Shown here: one piece after another, positions 29,466 to 42,177 of the stretch
Layout: the number at the start of each line of letters is the position of its first letter
How positions within the stretch are numbered: the first letter of the stretch is position 1
DNA from: Dimorphilus gyrociliatus
Taxonomy: Eukaryota > Animalia > Annelida
Length of the DNA: 64,000 nucleotides
Direction of reading: 5' to 3'
NCBI GenBank assembly: GCA_904063045.1
Contig: CAJFCJ010000011.1
Coordinates: 434,001 to 498,000, forward strand
Notes under the pieces: generated by a model
What the model saw: the letters and a program-made list of their open reading frames with translations, nothing else
What the model was told of the DNA's origin: nothing
Database searches by the model: none
Made by a program: the position numbers and the translations under genes

Positions 29466-30983
29466 TCAGTCCCATAATTGTAGCGAAAAATTTTCGTCGT
29501 AATTACAATTTCGTAGTTCATCTGCAGACGCAAAAAGACAGTTTTTACAGTTAGATTTAGTTAACGAATTGTCTCACCGGAAATCTGTGAAAAATTTAAC
29601 GAATCAGTTAAAACTATAAACTGCTCTTTATCATAATCCTTTCTTTTTACAACCCACAAATCTGAATGTGAGTGTTGAACTATTAACTCGCTATAATCAC
29701 TTTCATTGCTGAAAAAGTAGCATATTAGATATTAGACAAAATAATACATTCTTTAAGAAAAACTACTAACAATTTCCATGTATAATGCATATCTGCTATC
29801 AAGGAGCATGCTGGTTCAACGATTGATTTATTGCTACGTTTTGATGAGAAGTCAGCTCCGTTAATATATATGTAGGTAGGAGAAGAGGAGTTTCTGTATA
29901 TAAGGTAATGAAGTTTTCTGTAAATATCAAAAGCAATCTCTACTTACTCTTGCTTTCTTGAAATCCATTCTTCATATATATCCGTGGCTAGAGCACTTTG
30001 TTGTACGTCTAAGTAGTCGTGAATGTTTCGAAACCATTGTTCATTGGGAGGCGTCTTCCCATTAACCAGCATACATAATGTACTGGACAAAGCTGCATAA
30101 ACAACTAAGTGGTAGGATTTAACAACTTCATTACCATTACAAATATGGACTAGGGGAAGTGTAGGTTTATTATCCTTGCTTAAATCGGACGGTCCATGTA
30201 AAAATTTACCATACTGGTTAATCTTTGGTGTCCCAGCTTCATTTGTAGTTTCCCTGCTTCTGGGTAATAGGCACTTAGTGACGTAGTAATACAAAATACG
30301 CATATCTGAGTGGTGCAGTCCACTCCAAACTATTTCGTCATTAAAGAATAAGGCTGTACATGCTATATCAGAAAAAGAGGATGACAATCTATTCATGGAG
30401 CAATAGACTCTCATAAAATTATTCTTCTCAAGACAGAAGAACTTCATATAGCCCTCTGCATTCAGCAGATTAAAAGAGCTAGCAGATAAGGTTGACAAGT
30501 ATGAATCAAAAAAACATTCTAAATACTTGGACAAGCAACTGTAGTCAGAATTATTATTTTTCAAAATATAGCTGCAGTTTCCATGAAAAAAGCAAAATGT
30601 CCTATATGCTATATTCAATATCGTTTGATAAAGACCGACACAGCATTTACTCTTCTTATTGTCGTTGATAACTGTCATAACAAAGCAAATGTTATCCTCC
30701 ACCACTTGGAAAACTTGACAAGTTGTGGTTGTGTATAGGTATTGACATGGTTCGTCTGTAAAGTCTTCTGTAAAGTTGATTACTGCTTCGGACAATCCTA
30801 CTATTCTGCTTTTGATCATAACATCTTCAGACTTCGGGTGGAAGTATAGAATTTTGTCATCGGTCTAAATGGTAAAATTTTAAATATTTCATTACTATAT
30901 TTATAGGGTTAAAATCAAACCTTATCCTCGTCCAGAATTAGTTTTCCTCTAAAAATAAAAAAGTTTCCGAGCTTCGGCTCCAT
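29466..30983 (-). CDS. CCZ1: CCZ1, Mon1-Ccz1 Rab7 GEF subunit (longin domains), multi-exon
   Basis: MEPKLGNFFIF..DDKILYFHP..RIVGLSEAVINFT, KNNFMRVYCSMNRL, VWSGLHHSDMRILYYY, YHLVVYAALSSTLCML and C-terminal LWVVKRKDYDKEQFIVL match CCZ1. Stop at 29466-29468. Confidence 0.88.
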
Positions 30984-31788
30984 TTGTCTTTTTTGTTCAG
31001 AGTGATATAGTGGCGAACTTGCCAATTGCAAGCTTCTCCTTTCAATCGAACATAAAGATCCTCCCAAAAATAAAAATCCATCAGATGTCGCTAAAGTATT
31101 TGATGACACATTTGATGAGAAACCAACTGAAAATCAACAAATTGTTGTCTATAGTAATTTAAATTTGATTGGTAGAAAATCTAATCCAATATTATCCAGC
31201 ACATAAGTCTTTTTTACTCTTCGTTTACGAATTTTTACGACACATATAAAATAATAGGAAAAGACTTCTTTATAGGATTCGAAATTTCAAACTTTATTTC
31301 AGTTTAGAATTGATAAACGTTGCGCTTAGACTTAAAATTAATGATCTTCCTTTACTTTTAGTATGACGTATTATCATATGTAGGTTTCAACAAAATTTAT
31401 TTTTTGCTAAAATAAGTTATGAAATACGCTTTATATTTAATTTATAACTTCATAAATAACAAACAATGCATGTTTGTAGCCATTTTGAAAACAATTTTTA
31501 TAGGTCTATTCCCTTATACATCTAATCACAAAAACATTGAGCAATGTCAAAAGTACCTACATGCGCATGCTCATTAAACGTGCAACTTTAAGAGCAGCCA
31601 TTGCGTTACAAAAGTTTCACAAACACCTTTCAATTGCTTTATCAAAATTGGTAAAGATTTGTATCTATTTCAACTATTTCCGATAATTGCGAGAGGCGAT
31701 AATTTCAAAAAAAAAAACAGAAATAGATTATTTTCAGGAAGTATCTACTTTTAAGTGAAATTACTTTTCAAACTATCTGGCACAAACA

Positions 31789-33632
31789 ATGAATTCTCTC
31801 ACTGTCAGCCAGCCAAAAGTAAACATTAGAGGATTGTTGTGTAACCAAATATTTAATCCCACAAAATTCGTCGCAGTCGTCGAATCAGATCAGGAGATAA
31901 AGGTAGTCGACGACAATTGTGTATTAATAAAGGGGCAACGCTTAATGATACACTATCGGCACACGAAAGAAAACGGAGTCTTCATGGAAGAAGAGCCAAA
32001 CGGAACTGTACATGTATATGAGAATGAAAGAAATAGATATTCTGCTATTAATCGATCAAAACTTCAATTTGTAAATGAATTTGGAAACTGTGTCTTAAGG
32101 GTTAGTCGAAAATCAAGAAGATACATTTGTTTGGATCTTCGAAAGAGAATAAATTCCGTTTGGCCTTCTTCTATAGCTGAGTATTTCAAGACTTTTCGTG
32201 CCGTTAGTGTTCAGTATCAAGACGTGGAGGGAGTTCTCCATGTAACTCCAGAAGTCACCCCTGAGTGGACCAAAGTTCTAAATGAAATTGAAGTGGAAGA
32301 CAATTTCTACAAGAGAACTAAAAGTTTACGAACGATTAGCCCATCATATACTTCATCTCCTGATTCTGACTGGTCAGATGTCATTCTTCAGTTGAATTCT
32401 ACTGAAATCTTACCGACTGTCGACGAATTGAAACGTTCAGTGGAATCGTATCGAAACCAGAGCAAAACTTGTGGTACAAAGAAATCTCTGGACAGTGATA
32501 CAACTCATGATTACGATCAGACGATTAAAATGACTGTTATTGAAAGAACACGAAAAACCTTTAAAGCTGTTATGGAAACATGTATACAGGAAAGTGATAA
32601 AGCTATTTTGCAGAAACAAGTTATTCAAGATCTAAATGAAAATCCTGATGTAATTATGACTGAATTAGAGAGATTAAAAAGAGAAAATGTAGTAAAATTT
32701 GAGATTTGCACTTTACTAAACTTTTATATCAATGCCAGCGTCACTGTTTCTGATTCTTGTCATCCTGTAATTACTGAATTGTGCGAATGGGTTATTTTCA
32801 GGGTTGTTAAAAAGAGTTTAGGTTGCTTTGAAGCTATAGACTGCTTATCAGAATTAATTGCAAATGAAGGTGCATCTGTATTAAAAAAATATTGTCCAAA
32901 GGCTGTGAAAAAATTATTAGCTTTCCTTGAGCAACAAAAGTCAACTTCCTTTAATAGTAAAGCTTGGAATCAAATAATCGACTGTTTTGATTACAATTGC
33001 AGCGAGGAATTACCTTTTGCTTCAAACTTGGACGGCAAAAGCGAAACTTTCGGCAGGTAAGCAACTAGCCTAGCAGATATAAGGATTAAAAACTCTCGAT
33101 TTTCAGTCAAAGAAAGCGAAGGTCCAAAGAACACAAGGTTCTAAAGATTTTAGATCTATTTTTATTTTTAAATTTCATAGTTTCATAGCAAGTAGTGATA
33201 AATTATTGTTTTAAAGAGCTCTGAGAAGCAGCTAGGAGAAAAGAATGAAATAGAAATAGTTAAGGCAGAACCGATGAACAGTAAGTCAGACTCTTTGATG
33301 AATCAAGTTTAATGTTTATTTGATTGGATTATAGAATGTATAACAGTAATCCAAGCTGATTTTCTTCAGATAATAAGAAAAATGAGATATATTTTGAAAA
33401 TCAAATTCCCAAACGAATTACTCATTCCGGTAGAATGAGCGTAGCATCTAGAATTGAAAAATCTGCAGAGGTACTTAACATCCAGCGTGGAAGTAATTCT
33501 AAACATGAATCAGACGATGAAACGAAAGATTACTGGAAACCAAACCATAGAAAACGTGCTTGTGGTATATGTTACTCAAGAGAACATAAAACCATTGATT
33601 GCGAAGATAGGAAGGCTTTTCTTGCTTCATAA
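31789..33632 (+). CDS. Uncharacterised protein with a helical (MIF4G/HEAT-like?) middle region and a C-terminal CCHC zinc knuckle
   Basis: 423-codon first exon ending at an AG|GTAAGC donor, then small exons. The last exon encodes CGICYSREHKTIDC (C-x2-C-x4-H-x4-C) at 33561-33602. Confidence 0.6.
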
Positions 33633-34428
33633 TTAGTATATTAGTTCTAGTGATCCACAAGATTTTGTTATTATTTAATTTAGATATGTGTAAGTATTAG
33701 TATAAGTATGGCATTATTCCAATTTCACCATAAGCTTAAGTGATCTCATAATCTCTTGCTTCCTTTGACTTTTAAAAAATAATAAGGATGTCTTTTCACC
33801 TTATTTGCCGTGTTCAAATTTTGATACTTTTATATTGCTAATAACCTGCAGAATATATAATGCTCTATTACTATTAAGTAATCGAATTGTAAGTTACTTT
33901 TTTTGAATCTTTTACAAATGTTACTCACATGACCTCTCTTGTGTCAATAAGTAATTGACTGGATGAATTATAATCTAATGATGTGTAATTTCCGAGCCAG
34001 AAATTATATTTTGAAAGTTTAGACCTGTTTGATATATGTATTTTACATATATTAAGATTGTATTCATCTTCATTTAGAGTTTATTTGAGATCTGATTTTT
34101 TGTTGGCAATATTATTGCGTAACGAATCGTAATTTATTGATGACATATATCATACTGTGTGTCCGAACTGAAATTTAATTTAAAAGACACCTAATGAATT
34201 TCCTTCAAAAATTTATTAAAGTATTATTTTTCTTGATACAAGTTTTTGTTATCATGTATTACATAAATATTTCGATTTTAAATAATGTAGAAAGAATTTC
34301 TCAAAGTTCAGAATTGATAGTTGTCGACAGTAAACGATTATTTATAAATTTAGCATATTTGTTTATGTTTTTATATGCTATTGGCATCTTTTTGTTAAAA
34401 CGTTTATTTTTGGTAATAATAAAACATT

Positions 34429-35844
34429 TTATAGCAACAACGCTTTTTTAACCAAGTCTTTTCTTTCCGTATTCAAAGTTTTAGGAAATTCAATATCGAA
34501 TTCTAAAATAAGATCTCCTTTCTGCTCTGGATTAGAACTAATAGGCATACCTTCCCTTGGTACAGTTTTGATGTATCCAGGCTTAATGATATCATTTATT
34601 GGAATATATAAGGTTCTTTCGTCTAGCGTTAAAATCTCAACAACATGACCTGTCAATGCTCGTCCAAGTGGTACATTTGCTTTATGGATCAGGTTTGAAC
34701 CCTCCCTTCTAAATCTGTTCAGAATCAAAAATATTAACCATAGCTCTCTAATAAAGCTAAGATTAATTTTTTTTTACCTTGGGTGCGACTTATCTTTCAA
34801 AATGAATACAATATCGGCGGGAATCTTGTTTGGTCCCTGGTCGCCTTCTTGAGGAAAAGTTACTCGAGTATTTGGTAACCATCCCTTTTTAACAGTTATC
34901 GTCAAAATCTTATCTCTTATTGATGATGTATGTCCATCATCGTTCATGACTTTCCTAGAAATTTTCATTTTCTTTGTGCAGCCATGGAAGACTTCTTCTA
35001 GGGACAGTGCTAGATCTCTCTCGATTGGATTATCCTGTTTCTTAGCTCCACGTCCATGAAGCCCTCCAAAACTCCAGTGAAGATCTCCATCTAATCTATC
35101 ATAGTACTCTAAGAAAACAACAAGCCATTATTTTTGAGAAAATTTGGAATACTAATAGGAACTTAAATCATTGGCAGGAGGTTTTGATAAGGGACACTTT
35201 TTTAATTCAAACTATATAATGAATACATATAGCTAATAGAAATTACTATATTAGCAAAGGAATACAAATTTGGAGAAGGGGCGACGGAAAATATTATTTT
35301 ATTTTTCTTGTAGGACAAACACTCACTATATTCTGCGTTTTAGTGTTTTGCATAAAGTTAAATAATTATAAGACTTGATTGAAAAAGATTTTCAGTGGCT
35401 CATGTTTCATTTGAAATTTTTGGTAAACTATTTGAAGTACTACCTTGAAATGGATTATCTCCTCCAAAAAATTCTCGAAATACTTTGTGACCATCACCAT
35501 GGAAAGAATAGCCACATGTCCAAGCACCTCCTTCACCTTGGTTATCTGGAACCCCGCTTTTCAAACCTTCTTCACCAAACTGATCGTATACTGCCTTTTT
35601 TCTTGCTTTATTTGTTAATTAATTCTTTTAAATGTTTCTTATTTTTATTAAATAAAATTCTTAACTCACGATCACTTAAAACATCATATGCTTCTGCTAT
35701 CAATCGAAATTTTTCTACCGCTTCTTGACTGTCAGCGTTCTTTAGTGGATGATATCTCTGGGCTTCTTTCTTATAAGCTTTTTTAATATCGGCGTCTGAT
35801 GCACTTCTTGTCAGCTTAAGAATGCTATAATAATCCTGACCCAT
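34429..35844 (-). CDS. DNAJB13: DnaJ homolog subfamily B member 13 (axonemal radial-spoke HSP40), multi-exon
   Basis: [36 protein letters not shown] (HPL in place of HPD, typical of DNAJB13), [44 protein letters not shown]. Confidence 0.93.
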
Positions 35845-36125
35845 CTTGATTAACAAAGTGTTTTGCCTAGCTGTTATGGTTTGATGTAACCTTGACGACA
35901 ATCACTAGAACAACGCAGCTGATTGGTTGAAAAATACTGCCACACATTTAGTCTTTCAAATTTACTCGTTCGATGACTTTACCTAAAAAGTTTCATAATA
36001 AAATTAATTTTAGTCTAGGATTTATTTGTTTAAACTATTAGCTAAAATCAAATATAGGCTTATGGAATGACAAACTGAAACTAGTGCCATCTGAATATGA
36101 AATTCAAAAAAGCTCAACAACTAAG

Positions 36126-39100
36126 ATGGCGATTAGAGAGGGGCCGCTGAGTAAATGGACTAATGTAATGAAAGGATGGCAATACAGGTGGTTTGTATTG
36201 GAAAATGAAACTGGATTGCTTAGCTATTACACTGTGAGTTGAAGTGGGGTTTTCCTAATTTTTTTTCTTCTCGGTAACGTAGATTTCTCTCATTAAATGC
36301 TCGCTGACGTGTTAGTCATCAGTATTCTTCGGTTGATTCTTTATTTTCGTAATTAAATTTACTAGTAAAATTACTCAAACAAATGACTGAAATTCATGCA
36401 TAATTGAAAATAATTAATGTACCACATCACTGTAACCAAGGAATTATGTGTCAACTTTCTACAGACAAAGGAAAAACGAATAAAAGGGACCAAGCGTGGA
36501 AGTATTCGCCTCAAGGTAAAACTATATTACTTGTATAGCTGTAAACAATTTACACAGACTTTGATTAGTGCGTAATTAAATTTCAAAATAAATTATTATT
36601 TTTCTAGTCTGCGCTAATAGGCGTTGATGATGAAGATGATTGCACTTTTACGATAACAGTTGAAAGCAAAACATATCACTTTCAGAGTAGGTTTAAATTA
36701 TTGATTAAGATAATAATTAAGTTTAAAGTAAAATCTTAACAGCAAGGGATTCGAAAGAGAAAGATAATTGGATAGCAGATCTCCAAATTTGTATCGATAG
36801 TCAAACATTACTAACAATGAAAGTAAGTTGAAAATATCTGATTGAGAGTTTACTTGTGCAGAATATTTATTTCTATCATTCTTTCCGTATTTTTTCATGT
36901 TTTTCATTTGTCCTATATTTATAGTTAAGTAAAAACATGAATGAAATTTCATAATATTTGTTCTTTATGGCATTTATTGATGTTTTATTTTTGATATATA
37001 AAGTAATTTGAGGTAAATTGAAAAGATATTTTGTTATATTATTCTTATTTTTATTTTATTTTCTACAAAAAAAAAGAACAGCTTGCGAATGTTTTTTCTT
37101 TTTTTATTTTTATTTTTTCATCGTACCTCCATAATTGTAATTCGATATTCTGTATTATTTAAAGTGGAATTGTTGGCCAGTTCGTAGAGAATTTTTCAAA
37201 AGAAATGCACTGTTGTTTATTCAGTAATAATAGTAATAATATTAGTAATATATTTTTTCCTTTAGAATAGGGAAAACTATTCAAAATCATTGGAAAATTT
37301 CGACAAAAAACTATTAGAAAGTGATGGATATTTACAATTATTGATCTCGGGTGTTCAGGTGTGTCTACTTTACGTTTCATTAAGTAGGCAGGTCTAACTA
37401 ACGCTTTATCAAAAAAAAAAAAATCAGGGATTAGAAGAACGCATAGAACTGTGCGCTGATGACGAGAGCGCAAATAAATTGAGAGAAATTCGAGATGCAA
37501 GCCAAAACTTGATTGAAACAGTAAAACATAGTATTGTTTTATTACAAATGGCAAAGGTATGTACAATATATCAACAATATACTATTTTTAATAAACATGT
37601 TGAAGGTTATTAAATCCATATATAATATTTTTATTTTAATGTCTTCATAAAAAAATAGCAAAACATTATTGGTCTGCAAGAAGCAGGAGTATTAGAGTTC
37701 AGCCAACAGTGTCAAGTAACTGCTAATGTTAATGGTAATAACGGTAAGTTAATTAAAATTATCATATAAAGACATAGCTCAAAATATGTAATAATTGCAA
37801 TTGGACGATATTAAAATTAAAACGAAATAATATACTCTTATCCTATTTAATGGTGATTTATCGGGGGAAATCGAATGAATTAGTTCATAAAAATGCTGAA
37901 AAGAAATCTAAGTCAAAGAAGAAAGGTATTTTATGAAGTCAGAAATCACTTATTGTAATTAATATCTATTTTATCCTATAATCTAGGGTACTTATTGAAA
38001 AGTTTTTTACCTTTTTGTAAGCTTTTAGTAATGCTTTTTAGAATCTTTTTAGAAAATTTTTAAATCCATTATCATCGTGGACTGCCCTAATTATAGTATA
38101 TTTTATGTTTTTTCATAAAATACAGGTAGTAAAAATAGTCCAACTATGCCTAAACGTGTAGCGAATAAAACTCCTGAATTTAGTTCGGAAAGTGAGGATG
38201 ACTTTTTTGATGCTGATGATGGAATTGCAAATGCTAATGTAAAAGAAGATAAAAAAACTGCGAAAACAGAAGCTGAAATCAATGGGTTAGTGTATTTCTT
38301 GCTAAAAAACTGTTTAATAAAATTGCCTAATTATTATATAATTTATCTCTTATAGTGTGGATCACACTGTCACTGATCTGACGAGATTTGATGGTAAATA
38401 TTTTGAAAATAAAAATATCTATTAAATATAATTTCATGTTGATTATATGTTTGTATAATTTTCAGATTACTATGATATTAATAATGAAGAAGACTGTGAG
38501 TTGTATAATACAATTGTATTTTATATATTTGTATACTATGGAAAATAAATATAATTAATTGCAGTGGGGAGTGTTGAGCAGCAGCATGGAAGTCTAATCC
38601 GGCATCTTCTTTCTCAAGTACGGATAGGGATGGATCTGACAAAAATAACTCTTCCAACGTTTATTTTAGAAAGACGGTCACTCTTAGAAATGTTTGCTGA
38701 TTTTCTGGCTCATCCTGATTTATGGTGTGCTATCGCTGATGGGGAGACTCCCGAGGACAGAATGGTTGCATGTCTTCGATGGTACTTGTCAGCATTTCAT
38801 GCTGGAAGAAATGCATCAATTGCTAAAAAGCCATACAATCCAATACTAGGTGAAATTTTTCAATGCCACTATGATATGGAAAGGTTTTTTCCAAATAGCG
38901 GTGAAAAGGAAGTTAAAGATGGTCCGGTAGCCTGGGCTAAAGAGAGAGATGTTTCCATCGTAGCTGAACAAGTCTCTCATCACCCGCCCATCTCAGCCTT
39001 CTATGCAGAGAATGTATCCAAGAGACTTTCATTAAATGCCCATATCTGGACGAAATCCAAATTTTTAGGTTTATCTATAGGAGTATCTATGGTTGGAAAA

Positions 39101-39703
39101 GCCGTTTTATCAGTTTTAGATCATAACGAGGAATATACTATTTCTTTTCCTTCTTGCTACGGACGAGCAATCTTAACTACGCCTTGGATGGAATTAGGTG
39201 GAAAAACTCAAATAACTTGTAATACAGGTTATACTGCAAACATAGATTTTCACTCTAAACCGTTCTATGGAGGCAAGAAGCATACTATTACGGCTGATAT
39301 CATGCCACCTGGAGGTCAACCGAAAAGTAAGCCGCTTCTAAGTGTTCAAGGGGAATGGAATGGTGTTATGCAAGCAACTTGGTTGGCCACTAATAAAACT
39401 GAATTATTTCTTGATACACAAAAAATGAATGTTCATCCTAAAAGTATTAGACCAATTGCAGATCAAGATGTTCACGAATCAAGACAAATGTGGAAATACG
39501 TAACATATTATCTGGCAAAAAAGGATGTTTTACATGCTACCGAGCATAAATCGAAATTGGAGCAAAAACAAAGAGAAGAAGCTAAAGCTAGAAAAGAAAC
39601 AGGTGCAGAATGGAAGCAGAGAGTCTTTGACTGTATTGGCGATGATTATTTTTATAAAACTCCTTTGAAGGATAGAATTGAAATTCATCATTCCAATAAT
39701 TAG
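36126..39703 (+). CDS. OSBPL9: Oxysterol-binding protein-related protein 9 (PH, FFAT-like and ORD domains), multi-exon
   Basis: [27 protein letters not shown] domain, acidic EDDFFDA FFAT-like motif, and an ORD with EQVSHHPP and [22 protein letters not shown]. Confidence 0.93.
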
Positions 39704-40344
39704 AAAATATTGACAATAACACTTGCTATTATAATGCTAAAATAATATAAAGAACTATAATACGTCGTTATAGTTATGTTAATGATAATTAAAGCAATGT
39801 TTATACAATTTCTGTTTTTGCATTTATACATATATTAAAGAAAATGGAAGCAAGAAAACGGGAAAAGGTGCTTGAAAGTAAATATCAAAAAAAATTAACT
39901 TTTTTCGAAATAGTTGAAAATGTCTAAAATATAAATTTTTTCAAAAGTCGCTTCTCAATCACAATCCTTATCGTTATCTTAAAATATATTCAATTGGGTA
40001 TTTTTTAAACGGTTTCCTCCCTCATGTTTTAAAAACAAAAGTAAATTTTTTTCATAACAAAATCAAGATAAATCAAATTTATGAAGTATAAAATCATGAG
40101 ACTCGTGTCATATTTTTAGTAAAAAGCAGTATAAAATCGAAATAAAAATTTATAAAAATTAAGTAATTGTAAACCAATTGTTTCCTTAAGTATTGGTGGT
40201 CTTTTTTAACTTTAGCTATAAAAATTTTGTGTCCTGAGAAGAGTTCCTTAAACTTTGATATTGAAAGATATTAGAAAATGTCTTAAAACATTTAGAAGGC
40301 TAGTTTCTTCTAGTACTAAAAAAACTACTTCTTGTTTTTCCTTT

Positions 40345-41551
40345 TCAATCGTCTCTTAGTCCCCATTCAGAAACCTTACGATGAGCTGCTACCATGACAA
40401 CCATTGAGGAACCGTTTGATATGAATGATCGCATGACCCCTGGAAGCAAACCTCTATAAAGTCCAAAAAATCCTCCTCTTGAAGAAAATGTTTCTTTTAA
40501 CCGTTTCCAGCTCGATTGACGCTTGCCATAATCTCCTTGGACTTGAGCTTTCATGTATTCTATTGGCCATACCAAAAGCCATGCCATACTAGCTGCTATG
40601 CCAGAGGTCAAAAACGGCCCTAGCATTGGTCGGCTGAAGTGCTCTGGAAAGTGTCGTCGACCCGAATCGACGAGAATAAAGTAAGTTGTCATAAGACCGA
40701 GAGTTCGGGTCCACGTGACCGAAAAACCCTACATAAAAAATTGTTTTTTAGAAAATTATATGATTTCATTTATAAATTATATAATTTCTCTTGAAAACTA
40801 CTTACGGTATAAATATTTCGCAATTTCCAACCTTGCTGTGTTTGTCCCCTTATCTAAATAATAGATTCATTTTAATGATAATAAAATAATGAAGCCCATG
40901 GTTCTCACCTTTACGTACTCCAAAGGCGTTTCAATTATTGCACGCGCTGTAGATCCCAGTAAACCAGCCAAGACTACTCTTCTGTCAAAATATTACATCC
41001 TTAGGTTAATAATAGCTTGAATTAAATTATGATTTTCTTACGTTTGCAATCCAAAAGAACCTGGAATTTCTTTTCTAAACACTGGGTTATCCATATAAGT
41101 ATACCTGTAGTGACCCAATATTTTTTAATTTTAGACTAAATTTTACATTTATACTAACGCAGCTTCAAAAACGGCAAACTGGGAAGATCTGTATAAGCCT
41201 GATCCCCAAAGCGGAGGTATACATCCTCTAAAATAAGATAGAATTGTTTAAAGGGATTTATAATTATTATGACTACCTGTATAAACCTCGAATGCCTTGA
41301 TTTTTTAGGGTTTTGAGTAAAGTTTCGAACATTCCTCGTTTTTCGAACCCTTTTTGAGCTTGCATTTTGGTTTTTATTGTATCTAATGGATGACCAACGG
41401 CAACGCTAGTTGTTCCGTATAATATTCCGACTGATGGAAAAGGAAAATTCTTGATAGTTATAAAATCAAATTAAAGTTTGTTCATATTTTTACCTCCTAA
41501 TCCGATTGCCCCTTCTTTGAGCCAATGTCCTCTCTTTTCATTATGAGTCAT
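40345..41551 (-). CDS. Mitochondrial carrier (SLC25) protein, carnitine/ornithine-carrier-like, multi-exon
   Basis: Three carrier signature repeats (GHPLDTIKTKMQ, ETPLEYVKI, VWPIEYMKAQVQ) with GLYRG motifs. Confidence 0.9.
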
Positions 41552-41825
41552 TTTAATGCAGTTTTAAAGAAAATAGCAAATATATAAGTTAATTTGTTTG
41601 CGAAGTGTCAAAAATTTCGAAAGTGTATATTATCGCTCCGATTAAAGTGGAAAAGGAATATATTTTTAAATATGTACAAAACAAACTGGGTTTTGTAATA
41701 GTTTAAAGATTCTTTTTAGTTTTATAGTTTTATTTCTTTTCGTTGAAAAAAATATCTCTGCTTCAGTTTTATGGTGATCACTGAATCTGATAAGCTCCAA
41801 GATCTTAATAGAATAACAACTCTAA

Positions 41826-41864
41826 TGCCATCTGGCGGATAAGTTAGTCAACAAAATGGCCGCC
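41826..41864. promoter_or_regulatory. CTCF-like and YY1-like motifs in the divergent SLC25/DBF4 promoter
   Basis: tgccatctggcgg (reverse complement CCGCCAGATGGCA) at 41826-41838 and acaaaatggccgcc at 41851-41864. Confidence 0.4.
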
Positions 41865-42177
41865 ATCATAAACAATAATAGACAGTAAAACTTGGATTAA
41901 CGTCATGATTACTGCTTCTATAGAAGTAGTAGAACAATGATCACAATATCATAGTTTTAACGTATCGAGAAAACATATTTTTATTGGCGGAAAAAGGCCA
42001 CATTCGAACATAGTCGAAATCTTAATATCAGTCTGTCTTCTGTTCTGTTCGATGAGAAGCCTTATAAATTAGAATACTTTTTAACCCTTCCAGGTAAAGC
42101 ATTTATTTTTAAGCCAATTTTTAAGATAACACTTTAAAAATAATATGCACTTCTTCAAAGGATTGTAGTTATGAAAA

